Below, in pieces: positions 36,301 through 47,092 of a stretch of 64,000 bases of DNA. The position numbers were made by a program, and so were the translations under genes. The DNA is from Macrostomum lignano (lineage: Eukaryota), in NCBI GenBank assembly GCA_002269645.1, contig NIVC01003081.1, positions 1 to 64,000 of the forward strand, written 5' to 3'. Numbering within the stretch: the stretch's first letter is position 1; the number at the start of each line of letters is the position of its first letter. Under the pieces are notes generated by a model that ran no database searches, was not told the DNA's origin, and saw only the letters and a program-made list of their open reading frames with translations.

Positions 36301-37307
36301 CGCCGTAGGCACGCAGCTTCGTCGTAGTGGGAGAGGTGACTGCACCTGAGATCCGATCGGCGGTCTGTCGGGACAGCAGCGACACCCTTGCGCCGCAGTC
36401 CACCATCAGGCTGACAGCGGTCCTGTCCGGTCCGAGTTCCAGCGTCGCCCGGACCTCCCTGTCGCCACCTGCCACTGCGTAGACTGTGATCACCTCGTCC
36501 GCGGCATTGACAGCAGCCTGCTGGCTGCGACAGCAACTCCGGAAGTGGTTCTTCTTGCCACAGGCGTCGCATGTCTTGCCTTGGCCGGACAGGGGGTCGT
36601 CGGTCCGTGGTCTCGCCCACAGCGCGTGCAGGCGCCGCCGGGTTTGGCCGTCCTGCCAGCTGGTGCTGGGCGGTGCCTCCCCTTTGCAGCGACCTTCTGG
36701 CCCCTCGGCTGTCGGATCGATTGGACGGCTGCCGTGCTCGAGGTTGATGGCGCCATCGCCTTGGCTTCTTTGGAGGCTTCCTCGATGGAGACCGCGATGC
36801 TGAGTGCTTTCGCCAGGTTGAGGTCCTCCACCTTCTCCGTCAGCAGCCTCTCTCGGATTCTGGGGTTACTGGTCTTCTCAGCCAGCTGGTCTCTGATGAG
36901 ATCGTCCTGTATTGCGCCGTAGTTGCACAGCTCCGTCAGCTCCCTCAGGGCTGCCACGAAGGTCTTGACGTCCTCCCGGGTAGCTGCTGGCGCTGGCGGA
37001 AGCGATATCTGGCTACCATCACGTTGGGCTTCTCGCCGAAGATCTTCTCGAGCTCCGCCTTAGTTGCTGCGAACGTGTCGTTCTCCTTGATTGCTTGGCG
37101 TGCTCGAGCAACCCGCTGACCTTCGAATCCAAGCAGATGGAGCAGAAGGCTCTTCTTCAGCGGTTTCGCCTCTTCCTTCCCTTCGGGCTCCTTGAATTGG
37201 GCCGCCTCGTAATAAAATTCAAAGGCCTCAATCCATCGGCTCCATGGTACTGTCGGTGATCCGCAGTTCGCCAGGAAGGGCGTGGGTGCAGGGATGCTAG
37301 CCGCCAT
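33338..37307 (-). CDS. Gag-Pol polyprotein (Gag with two Cys/His knuckles, PR, RT, RNase H, integrase)
   Basis: PR LMVDCGA; RT RICVD, FSKIDLKSGY, RVPFGLASAP, ILDD; RH TTDAS, ERPVAFA, YLYGRHF, TDHQAL; IN HEGHQG..C..C, VDIVG, TDNGPQF, HPQTNGQTERLNR. PR-RT-RH-IN order = Ty3/Gypsy. Two 1-nt deletions (~36976, ~36580) join Gag to Pol in one frame when repaired. Confidence 0.95.
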
Positions 37308-37421
37308 CCTCGTCGCCAATGTTCTGTTGTTGAATTAACGAACGCAGAAACAAGATAGATAATTATCCGGGCGCTCAGTGGCACCAAAAGAGGGGTTTGG
37401 CCAATAGGAGGGCGGCTCGTA

Positions 37422-37517
37422 TATTTATGCACGCGGGGAAGGAAAGTTCTAGAAAGACCGGGGAAGGAAACTTCTGGAACTATGCGTAAACAAGTCCGCG
37501 GTGGAAGTTTCTAGAAA
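37422..37517 (-). promoter_or_regulatory. 5' LTR promoter: three perfect HSEs plus TATA-like CATAAATA
   Basis: nGAAnnTTCnnGAAn at 37441-37455, 37466-37480, 37503-37517; in element sense they lie just upstream of CATAAATA (37429-37422). Confidence 0.8.
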
Positions 37518-38304
37518 CGCTGTCCCCGAACTACCCCTACGCATCGCATGCCTTTGCAATACACAACAGTACACAGTGGCTAATGAGAATAGTACAGAGC
37601 AGCTAATGGAGATGGTACACAGCAGCTAATGGGAATAGTACACAGCAGCTAATGGGAATAGTACACAGCAGCTAATGGGAATAGTACAGAGCAGCTAATG
37701 GAATAGTACACAGCAGCTGATGGGATAGTACACAGCAGCTAATGGGAATAGTACACAGCAGCTAATGTGAATAGTACACAGCAGCTGATGGGATTCCAGT
37801 GCCGGATCAAGAGAAGCACCGCATGCTCTTATAATTTCTGATTGCCTGGACAAATGTAAAGGTTGCAGTGTCCGACAAAACTAATGCAAGATTTCCAAGG
37901 CCGTCATTTGCCTGTTCAGTCGAGCGAAAAATAATTTAAAAAAAGTCGATTAGCTTTCACACTTAATCCTTTCGTCGCTTCTGTCATGCATGAAGTTGAA
38001 GCAGCCCTCTAACATGAAAGTTTAACTGCCATCTCACCTCTTCTCAGTCTCTGGCCAGCTGAACACCTTTGTAATTATACTGTGAAAGTCCCCGAATTTG
38101 TCTATGGCGTAACCCCATTCAGCGGCTATGAGTTCTCCAGAGCACACCTGCGCTGCCTACCAGCCTTTCTAAGAAAATGAAAGAATGTCTAAGAAAATAA
38201 AGTGCAGCCCCGGCGCGGTTGGCATTGGTTTTGACACAAGTTACATTTGTCTACAGTGCCAGTTTTAACATTGAATGACACTTTGACACGCTGCGTTGAC
38301 GCTT

Positions 38305-39280
38305 ATTTGACACTGCCCGACTCTCACCTGACACTCACCCTGACACTCACCTGACACTCATCGGACACTGTCCGACATTCATCTGACACTGCCCGACACT
38401 CATATGACACTCATCTGACACTGCCCGGCCGACACTCATTTGACACTGCCCGACATTCATATGACACTGCCCGACATTTATCTGACACTGCCCGACACTC
38501 ATATGACACTGCCCGACACTCATATGACACTGTCCGACATTCATCTGACACTGCCCGACACTCATATGACACTCATCTGACACTGCCCGGCCGACACTCA
38601 TTTGACACTGCCCGACATTCATATGACACTGCCCGACATTTATCTGACACTGCCCGACACTCATATGACACTGCCCGACACTCATATGACACTGTCCGAC
38701 ACTCACCTGACACTCATTTGACACTGCCCGACATTCATATGACACTGCCCGACACTCATCTGACACTGCCCGACACTCATATGACACTGCCCGACACTCA
38801 TATGACACTGTCCGACACTCACCTGACACTCATTTGACACTGCCCGACATTCATATGACACTGCCCGACACTCATCTGACACTGCCCGACACTCACCTGA
38901 CACTCATTTGACACTGCCCGACATTCATATGACACTGCCCGACACTCATCTGACACTGCCCGACACTCATATGACACTGCCCGACACTCATATGACACTG
39001 TCCGACACTCACCTGACACTCATTTGACACTGCCCGACATTCATATGACACTGCCCGACACTCATCTGACACTGCCCGACACTCACCTGACACTCATTTG
39101 ACACTGCCCGACATTCATATGACACTGCCCGACACTCATCTGACACTGCCCGACACTCACCTGACACTCATATATGACACTGCCCGACACTCACCTGACA
39201 CTCATTTGACACTGCCTGACACTTATCTGACACTGCCTGACATTCATCTGACACTGCCCGACACTCATCTGACACTGATC
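38305..39280. repeat. ~21-bp minisatellite (GACACTGCCCGACACTCATAT)n with higher-order structure
   Basis: Directly visible; identical track translations 190 bp apart. Confidence 0.95.
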
Positions 39281-39470
39281 TGAGCAGCATACCAGGATCC
39301 TATAGTTGCCCATGAGCTACGCGAGAGGCAAAGCCAATTCCCATCTAACAAAATGCAGTTTTAAATACAAGTACGATTCAGCTACTAAAAGTAGCGCAGA
39401 AAATATTTATATTTAGTCCAATTTTATTAACGTGCTTGCATTTTAGCTCAATCAAGTATAGAAATTCCAG

Positions 39471-39968
39471 TCATTTATCCAGTGACCTCAGCACCCGGTC
39501 CTGATTGAACACTCTCTCTTCGTGACTCAGCACCGGATCTTTCCTACGCCTGTGCGACTGAAGCGCTACGTCGTCATCTGCTGGATCTCGTTCAGCCAAT
39601 CTAGTCCTGGCGTGCTCCTGGGTTGCCATGGCAACCGACCGGCGATATAGATCCGTATGCACAGATCCGCAGGCAAGCATTGGCCAGGCTAGCGAGAGGC
39701 TGAGCTCCTTGTAGCCAATCTGTCGATCCGACATCAATCGATCGCGGTTAATCGTCTCCTCAACAGACAGGTGCCGCAGGTGGGGCGCCAGCGAGTATTT
39801 GAGCTCCCCGGATTGCGCCTCATCAACTGGACAATGCTGGTACACTTTGGGCGGATTTCGAATCCGCATTCGAGCCAGATGTTGTTCACCAGACTCTGCT
39901 GCGCCGCTCGATGGCTTCAGCTGCAGCTCGCAGCCTTCCAGAGAGACTCTCTGCTTAAAGCGACTCAT
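39471..39968 (-). CDS. Putative single-exon 165-aa protein of unknown function
   Basis: ATG-to-TGA ORF in unique, GC-richer sequence with an upstream acceptor-like GCACAG; no family recognised. Confidence 0.45.
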   Translation of the reverse strand: MSRFKQRVSLEGCELQLKPSSGAAESGEQHLARMRIRNPPKVYQHCPVDEAQSGELKYSLAPHLRHLSVEETINRDRLMSDRQIGYKELSLSLAWPMLACGSVHTDLYRRSVAMATQEHARTRLAERDPADDDVALQSHRRRKDPVLSHEERVFNQDRVLRSLDK

Positions 39969-40429
39969 TTCTAGTAGCTTCTTCTAGTAGCTGTGCGGCC
40001 AAGATAAGTGAAAGCAACACAGAACTCGTTGCTGTTTGTGTTTTTTAACCAATTAATATTATACCTTGCCCAATGGGTCAGAGAGAGACAGAGACAAGAG
40101 ACACATAATTAATTACGAGAAAAAATTATTTGCATAGCAACCGCATAGCAACGCCTCACTAGCGCCTTGGTTGGAGACAAGAATTAAATGCAAGGAGAGA
40201 AGTGAAGGCACTGCACAGGCCAAGCACTGACAGGAAGAACTGAAGAGATTTTCGTATTTTTATAGCAAAGGCTTTCTTTATCCATTAAAAGCAATTTACC
40301 TACAGCGTAGCTGAGGCACCTAAACCGGCAATGTACAAACTACTTATTGGAAAATACTTTGCTCTCTAGCAAATCTAACAGTACCGACCCGAATCGAAGT
40401 GTCGGTATCTAACATCCCAAAAATCTAAC

Positions 40430-40830
40430 ACACACTATATCTAACACCTACTGCCTGATAACCTCTGTATCAAACACTCACTGTCTAGCACGCCCTATAT
40501 ATAACACCCCCTATATCTAACAATCCCTATATATAACACCCCTATATCTAACAATCCCTATATCTAACGCCCCCATATCTAACACCCCCTATATATAACA
40601 CCCCCTATATCTAACAACCCCTATATCTAACACAATGTCTAACAACCCCTATATCTAAAACCTCTTAAGTCTAAAACCCCATATATCGAACGCCCTCATA
40701 TCTAACACCCCCTATATATAACACCCCCTATATCTAACAACCCCTATATCTAACACAATGTCTAACAACCCCTATATCTAACACCCCTTACATCTAAAAC
40801 CCCATATATCTAACACCCCCTATATCTAAC
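40430..40830. repeat. ~16-17-bp minisatellite (TATATCTAACACCCCC)n
   Basis: Directly visible. Confidence 0.9.
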
Positions 40831-41439
40831 ACTAGTGACCCAGAGTTTTGAAAACGAAAATTAAAATAAATTGAACGACTCATAACAAATAAATTACATT
40901 AGTATACATGGCAGTAGAAATAATACATCAGAGGAACTTACATACTAATAATAATAAACATTATTCAACAAATTTATTTCGTATTCGTTTTAATAAAAAA
41001 TGCTGCAAATAAAAACAAAGAAATATGTTGGTCAACTGACACAGAGATAAAATGAATTGGATTTCAGAATTTCAACAAAAAACACACAATAAACATGTTA
41101 GCTGCCCGCATGCACAAACGATCAGGGTGCAAATTCAATTCGATATAAAACTGGGAAGTAAAACCACAAACTCATTAATATCATTATAAACAACAATTAA
41201 AGAGCTGTTTCGCTGCCACAAAATATTAAAATAAGTTCACAAAAAAAACAATTCAGCATCTTTACATGGATGTAATGCCCAAGTTAATAAATAGCAAGGT
41301 GAATTCGAATAAAAATATCAGGTACAAATACAATAGCTATATACATAATTAATACTTTGTAAGCTTAAATAGATCATCTACAGCAGATGGACTAGATTAG
41401 AAGCTGTTTTCTAAATCTTACTTAATTCCAGAGAAGAGG

Positions 41440-42315
41440 TCAACTGACCCCCGGCCTTTCTCAGTTGGGGAGGGAGGTCAACTGACCCCCAGCTTATCAG
41501 TTGAGGAGGGGAGGTCAACTGACCTCCAGCTTATCAGTAGAGGAGGGGAGGTCAACAGACCCCAGCCTTTCAGTTGGAGGGAGGTCAACTGACCTCCAGT
41601 CGATCAGTTAGGAAAGGGAGGTCAAATGACCCCTAGTCTATAAGTTAGTGGAGGTCAACTGACCCTCAGCCTTTCTCAGTTGGGGAGGGAGATCAACTGA
41701 CCCCAGCCTATCAGTTGAAGGGAGGTCAACTTACCCCCAGTCTAGCAGTTAGGAAAGGGAGGTCAACTGACCCCTAGTCTATAAGTTAGTGGAGGTCAAC
41801 TGACCCTCAGCCTTTCTCAGTTGGGGAGGGAGGTCAACTGACCCCCAGCCTATCAGTTGAGGAGGGGAGGTCAACTGACCTCAGCCTATCAGTTGGAGGG
41901 AGGTCAACTTACCCCCAGTCTAGCGGTTAGGAAAGGGAGGTCAACTGACCCCTAGTCTATAAGTTAGTGGAGGTCAACTGACCCTCAGCCTTTCTCAGTT
42001 GGGGAGGGAAGTCAACTGACCCCCAGCCTATCAGTTGAGGAGGGGAGGTCAACTGACCCCCAGTCTAGCGGTTAGGAAAGGGAGGTCAACTGACCCCTAG
42101 TCTATAAGTTAGTGGAGGTCAACTGACCCTCAGCCTTTCTCAGTTGGGGAGGGAAGTCAACTGACCCCCAGCCTATCAGTTGAGGAGGGGAGGTCAACTG
42201 ACCCCCAGTCTAGCGGTTAGGAAAGGGAGGTCAACTGACCCCTAGTCTATAAGTTAGGAAAGGGAGGTCAACTGACGTCCAGCCTATCAGTTGGAGGGAG
42301 GTCAACTGACCCTCC
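41440..42315. repeat. ~33-bp minisatellite with constant GAGGTCAACTGACCC core
   Basis: Constant core alternating with a small set of recurring linker variants. Confidence 0.93.
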
Positions 42316-42349
42316 CTCACTAACGACCAACCTCCCACGGATCAGCGAG

Positions 42350-42770
42350 TCAGTAAGGCGGGGACTCCATAGCCGGCACGATCATCAGTCCGCCCAGCTC
42401 CGCCTCGTCCTCTCCGCCAGCCTTGCCGCCGTCCGGTCCGTAATCCTCTTCGAACTCGCCGCCCACCCCATCGTCTGCCGGCGCCTCACCCTCGACGCCC
42501 CGGTCCTCCTCGAAGTCGTAATCTGCCGCACCTTCTTCGTCGATGTTGTCGTCGTCGTCATCGTAGTCTTCGGCGAACTCCGACGATTGCTGCGAAGTCG
42601 ACACCGATTGCTGCCGGGTCGGGCGGCCCCGGCGACCGCCGCTGCGCTGCTGCCTGGGGCTGGGGGGACCGCCGTCTGAGCGCTTCTTGAGCTGGGCTCG
42701 CTGGTTCTGGAACCAGACTTGGACTACTCTGACCTGCGGGTGGTTATTCGGGCATTAGCCTGCGGCAGCT

Positions 42771-42838
<68 letters not shown>

Positions 42839-42866
42839 GTCAGACAGACAGACAGACACACAGACT

Positions 42867-42910
<44 letters not shown>

Positions 42911-44360
42911 AACAGACAGACAGACACACAGACAGACCACACAGACAGACAGACACACAGACAGACCACACAGACAGGCAGCTCACCGCCAGCCCGGCCT
43001 CATTAGCCAGAGCCTCGCAGACCCGCCTGGCAGGCCGCGGATTCTGCTCAAAGGCCAGCCGGAAGCGCCGCCGCTGCCCGGAGGTCAGGACAGTTCGGGC
43101 CCGTCTCCGACCGCAGGAGTCGTCAACGGCGGCCCCGGCAGAAGCGGGCCCAGCCGCAGTGCCGCGCACCGGAGTCAGCTGACGCTCGTCCGGACAGAAG
43201 TTCACCACCGAGGATGAGGAGCCGCCGCTGCAGTCTCCGCCAGCGCTGCCGCCGCCTCCGCCGATGACTGACGCGGCGTCGCACATGCAGACGGGCCGGC
43301 CGTCTGAGGGTCGCACAGCAAACTGATCGCCTTTGCGCAGTTGGGCGCCGCAGGCAGCGCAGACGAAGCAGGCCAAATGATAGGCGTAGCTGTGCGCCCA
43401 CATGGCCAAGTCTTGGGTAGCGATTGGCTGGCCGCAAGATTGGCAGCGAATACCGTGGCGCCTGCGGTTGATTACGAATGCGTGTTTTTCACAATTTTAT
43501 TTAGCTTTTAATATATTAATGATTGGCATGCGCTACTTCACCTACTAGTAGTAGCAAAACAAGGAAAACGTGTAAGAGTTTTTATAATTTAAGGAGACGA
43601 TAACATGGATAATGCCAAGCTGTAAATATAAGTGTTTAGTGCGTTTTTGCGAGTATGAAAGTGCCAGGTCTAGGTGTCATAAAGGCGCTAAATGTAGATT
43701 TTAAATGGCGCCAAATATAGAGATGTCGGATGGTGTCAATTACGAGTCAGAAGGCGCAAATATATAGAGATGTCAGATGACTCAGATGGCGCCAAATAAA
43801 AAGGTGTCAGAAGGCGCCAAATAAAGGTGTCAAATAATGCCAAATAAAAAAGGTGTCAGATGGCGCCAAATAAAGAGGTGTCAGATGGCGCCAAATATAG
43901 TAGGTGTCAGATGACACCAAATAAAGAGGCGTTAAATGGTGCAAAATAAAAAGGTGTCGAATGGCGCCGAAATAAAGGTATCAGATGGCGCCCAAAAATG
44001 GGTGTCAGTGTCAAATGGCGCCAAATAAAAAGGTGTCAGATGGCTCCAAATAAAAAGGTGTCAGATGGCGCCAAAATTGTCAGCAAAAGCGCTAAACCAT
44101 ATATACCAATAATCAGTCTTGCCTGGCATAGTCGTGAGCACAATACAGTCGATTATCGCGCACAAAGCAGCCCTCAGTCAACTGGGAATTGCAGATGCAG
44201 CAGGTGGCGCACTGTTCGTGCCAGGCCAGAGATCTGATGCGCAATAAATATTTGTCAGCAATCCCTGTTTGACAGCCAAAGCAGGTTTCAAGAATTTCTG
44301 CCGCTGTTGAAGCAGTCTGCTGCTGCTGCTGCTGGTGTTCAGTCTCGTGGCTTATTGGAT
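42350..44360 (-). CDS. LMX1: LIM-homeodomain transcription factor, LMX1-type (first coding exon/start not located)
   Basis: Exons 44360-44123 (LIM1: [36 protein letters not shown]), 43461-42987 (LIM2 with QLRKGDQF; homeodomain RARTVLT), 42733-42350 ([16 protein letters not shown]-diagnostic; acidic tail). The intron after the LIM1 exon has a GC donor. Confidence 0.88.
42770..42975. repeat. (GACA)n microsatellite in the homeobox intron
   Basis: Directly visible. Confidence 0.95.
43690..44075. repeat. ~25-bp minisatellite with GGCGCCAAAT core in LMX1 intron
   Basis: GGCGCCAAATAAAAAGGTGTCAGAT units. Confidence 0.88.
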
Positions 44361-45122
44361 CTGCATCAATGATAAAAATAATGGTAGACACCATTGAGAT
44401 AAAAAACATTGTCAAATTTAACAATCATACTTTATATAGCTAGTTGAATAGAATCAGAATATTGACAAAACGCCTTCATTTAAAAGGTTAAAAAAGCATC
44501 AATCATGATCAATCACTAGATCTTGATCTAGTGATTGATTTTTGAAATTTTGACTTTTTTCTTGATTGAATCTTGATTTAAAAAAGTACCAAGAATTTGA
44601 TATATATAAAACAGTAAAATAAAAAGCCTTAGGTTGAATACCAATCTTTTGAATATAGCATAGATAACATAAAAAATCAACAAAAAATCAACTCATTATA
44701 GTGTCACCCATATTAAGGGATTTAGGATTTAGCCTATTTGAAAAAATAATGCACCCAAAAATTTCTATGCTTTTTACAAATTAAATGTTATGATTTTTAC
44801 CAAAAGTGCACAAAGTATACATTTATTATAATATATAAAATTTGTTTTTTTAGAAAACTGCTTTTTTAGTTCTTAGCTGTCTAATCTGAATAAATATCTC
44901 GAAATCTTGATCAAATCTCTTATTGTATCATATGTTTATCATATGTTTATCATATACATGTATCATATATATTGTATTGTTAAAATCAATCAATGACCCT
45001 ATCATTGAACAAATAAGGTATAAATTTTGCCTTCAGATATAACTAACTAGATCATAGTTAAAAGTACTATATAGTATAAAAAAATAGTTAATATACTAGT
45101 CTTTATTTTGGCAATGGCTACA

Positions 45123-45313
45123 GATCCGGCAGTGCCATTATAATATAGATGGAACATTATATTTTTCTTTCTTCAGGTGGCCGATATTGAGATTTTATTC
45201 TAGATTAAAATTTAAGACAATATGATAAGATTCGGGACGAGATGCTTCTAATATTCAGACTTAAGATATGTTCTTAGCAGTCTTTATATGCTTCTATACA
45301 GCACTGCCGGATC
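45123..45313. mobile_element. Possible MITE (13-bp perfect terminal inverted repeats)
   Basis: GATCCGGCAGTGC (45123-45135) and GCACTGCCGGATC (45301-45313) around AT-rich non-coding DNA; no clear TSD. Confidence 0.4.
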
Positions 45314-45775
45314 CCTAGCTGTTAGAAAATGGGTTCCAGTGCCGGAACTCTAGCCATTACCCTTTATTTTATTTACCATGAAAATTGATTTATTGAGTAA
45401 AAGAGAAAATAATAATATTTTATATTAGTGCTTTGCTTGTTTATCTGAAAAGTGTCTAAAAGAATTATCTGAATTGAAAAGAAGTGTCTTTTGATACATA
45501 TCCATATCTACCTAACTACTATATAGCATATAAAGATAGTAGTTGTTGTACAAATAATTGTTGTCCCTATATTTTTCATAAAATTTAAAGAGTAGCCCTA
45601 GCAAGAAGTGTTCTATAGTTGATAATCAATAAAAAATTATTGGTAATGCCAACTAAAAAATCAAACTTACAACTTTACACATGTGACCCTAAGTATTAGC
45701 CTATGATGCTAGAAAAAACTTGTTAGCAGTTGCTAATGCTAATATTGCTATTTGAATTGGTAAATATCAATTTCT

Positions 45776-47092
45776 GGCAATTTACCTTTTCTGTTCATTA
45801 AATTATTTTTTCAATGGAAACATATTGGGAACATTGTGAAACACTCAAAAATGATGTAACTTTTCAGCCTGATCATCGTATCTTAAACAACATGGCTGGA
45901 TGCCCTGCTGCACCAACGTTTATTGTGCCCCCTCATACATGCGCAACCTCCAAAATTCGGTCAGCCATGCGACTTAGTTTTAACAAAATGCAACATAGTT
46001 TTTTGCCAAAATTCCGACTTACATGTTAAAAAAACTCTAGCATAAGTAGTGTAAAGCAAAATTAACGCTACTTTGGGTAAACGGCAGGAGTAACTATGAC
46101 TGTCTTATTAAGTCAAAATGCCTCGTCAGCTACTTAGTACTACTACTTGGGTATTTTTTAGGTGGACATTTTTGCGACTTCCTTGTTTGGCTGCCAAATC
46201 GGTCGGCCAGATCGGCCGACTTGGCCGACTGTTGCGCATGTATGTGCCCCCTGCCCAAGTGCGACTAGCAATGGGGTTGACAAAAATCAATTTTACCATG
46301 CGTAACCTAATCTGGTGGTAGGCAACTGATGCGAAGCAAGGTGAGTGCCAACGCCAGAGCAACATTGGCCACAAGGCAACTGTTGATTGGCAGAACTTCA
46401 TTCGTGATATCTGCGCCCAATTCCTTATGGACCATCCCATTGAGCTTGGTGGCCCCGGCCGCGAAGTGGAGATAGACAAATCATACTTTTTCCACTGCAA
46501 GTTCCACCAAGGAGCTCACCATGATGGTCAGTGGGTGCTTGGCATGATAGAGCATGGGGCCAGGAAGTGTGTACTTGTGCCAGTTGCGCAACGCAATGCT
46601 GCCACCTTCCTGCCGCTCATCCAACACCATGTCCTTCCTGGAACTTGCGTCATAACAGACGGATGGCAAGCTTATGCCCAGCTTCAGGCTGCAGGTGTGA
46701 ACCACCAAGTCGTGAACCACTAGCTGGCGTTTGTTAATCCTCAGGACCCAATGGTGTACACAAACCTCATTGAGGGGACGTGGGCACACTGCAAGGCCAA
46801 ATTTTGTGCCATGCATGGTACTAGTAAGGCTCTGTTTGAGTCCTACCTGGAAGAATTCATGTGGCGCAAAATGCATCCCACCAATACCTTCAGCAACATG
46901 CTCTACTGGATTGCCCACTACTACATTGTGTAAATACCACTGCAGAGACCAGAGTGCTGAGTGCTGAGTGAACACTAATCAACATTACACTTGTTCTGTT
47001 CTGTTCTGTTACATCATTTTTGAGTGTTTCACAATGTTCCCAATATGTTTCCATTGAAAAAATAATTTAACAAACAGAAAAGGAAAATTGCC
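45776..47092 (+). mobile_element. Merlin (IS1595/ISXO2-like) DNA transposon, decayed
   Basis: 85-bp TIRs (45776-45860, 47008-47092; 3 mismatches) starting GG; 8-bp flanks CAATTTCT/CAATTTCC (7/8), consistent with a Merlin TSD; internal transposase. Confidence 0.88.
46270..46933 (+). pseudogene. Merlin/IS1595-family DDE transposase pseudogene
   Basis: LGGPGREVEIDKS, WVLGMIE, LPGT.VITDGWQAY, HQVVNH, TNLIEGTW, YLEEFMWR; in-frame TAG stops at 46319-46321 and 46721-46723. Left boundary approximate. Confidence 0.88.

Larger units (their letters stand above)
33042..37568 (-). mobile_element. Ty3/Gypsy LTR retrotransposon, Mag-like, near-intact
   Basis: LTRs 33042-33289 (248 bp) and 37320-37568 (249 bp), TG...CA ends, differing only around AGAGGGCTTG vs AGAGGGGTTTG. 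5-bp TSD GTACA (33037-33041, 37569-37573). PBS TGGCGACGAGGATGG (37318-37304) complementary to the tRNA-Ser(GCU) 3' end. PPT GAAGGAGGGGAAGAA (33304-33290). Confidence 0.97.
32358..37790. repeat. 22-23-bp satellite (GCTAATGGGATAGTACACAGTG-like) split by the LTR element (32358-33041 and 37569-37790)
   Basis: The same unit continues on both sides of the LTR retrotransposon. Confidence 0.93.

Noticed and set aside
41440-42315. CRISPR-like array (constant palindromic repeat with variable spacers)
   Set aside because: Linkers are a few recurring variants rather than unique spacers; no cas genes; eukaryotic context.
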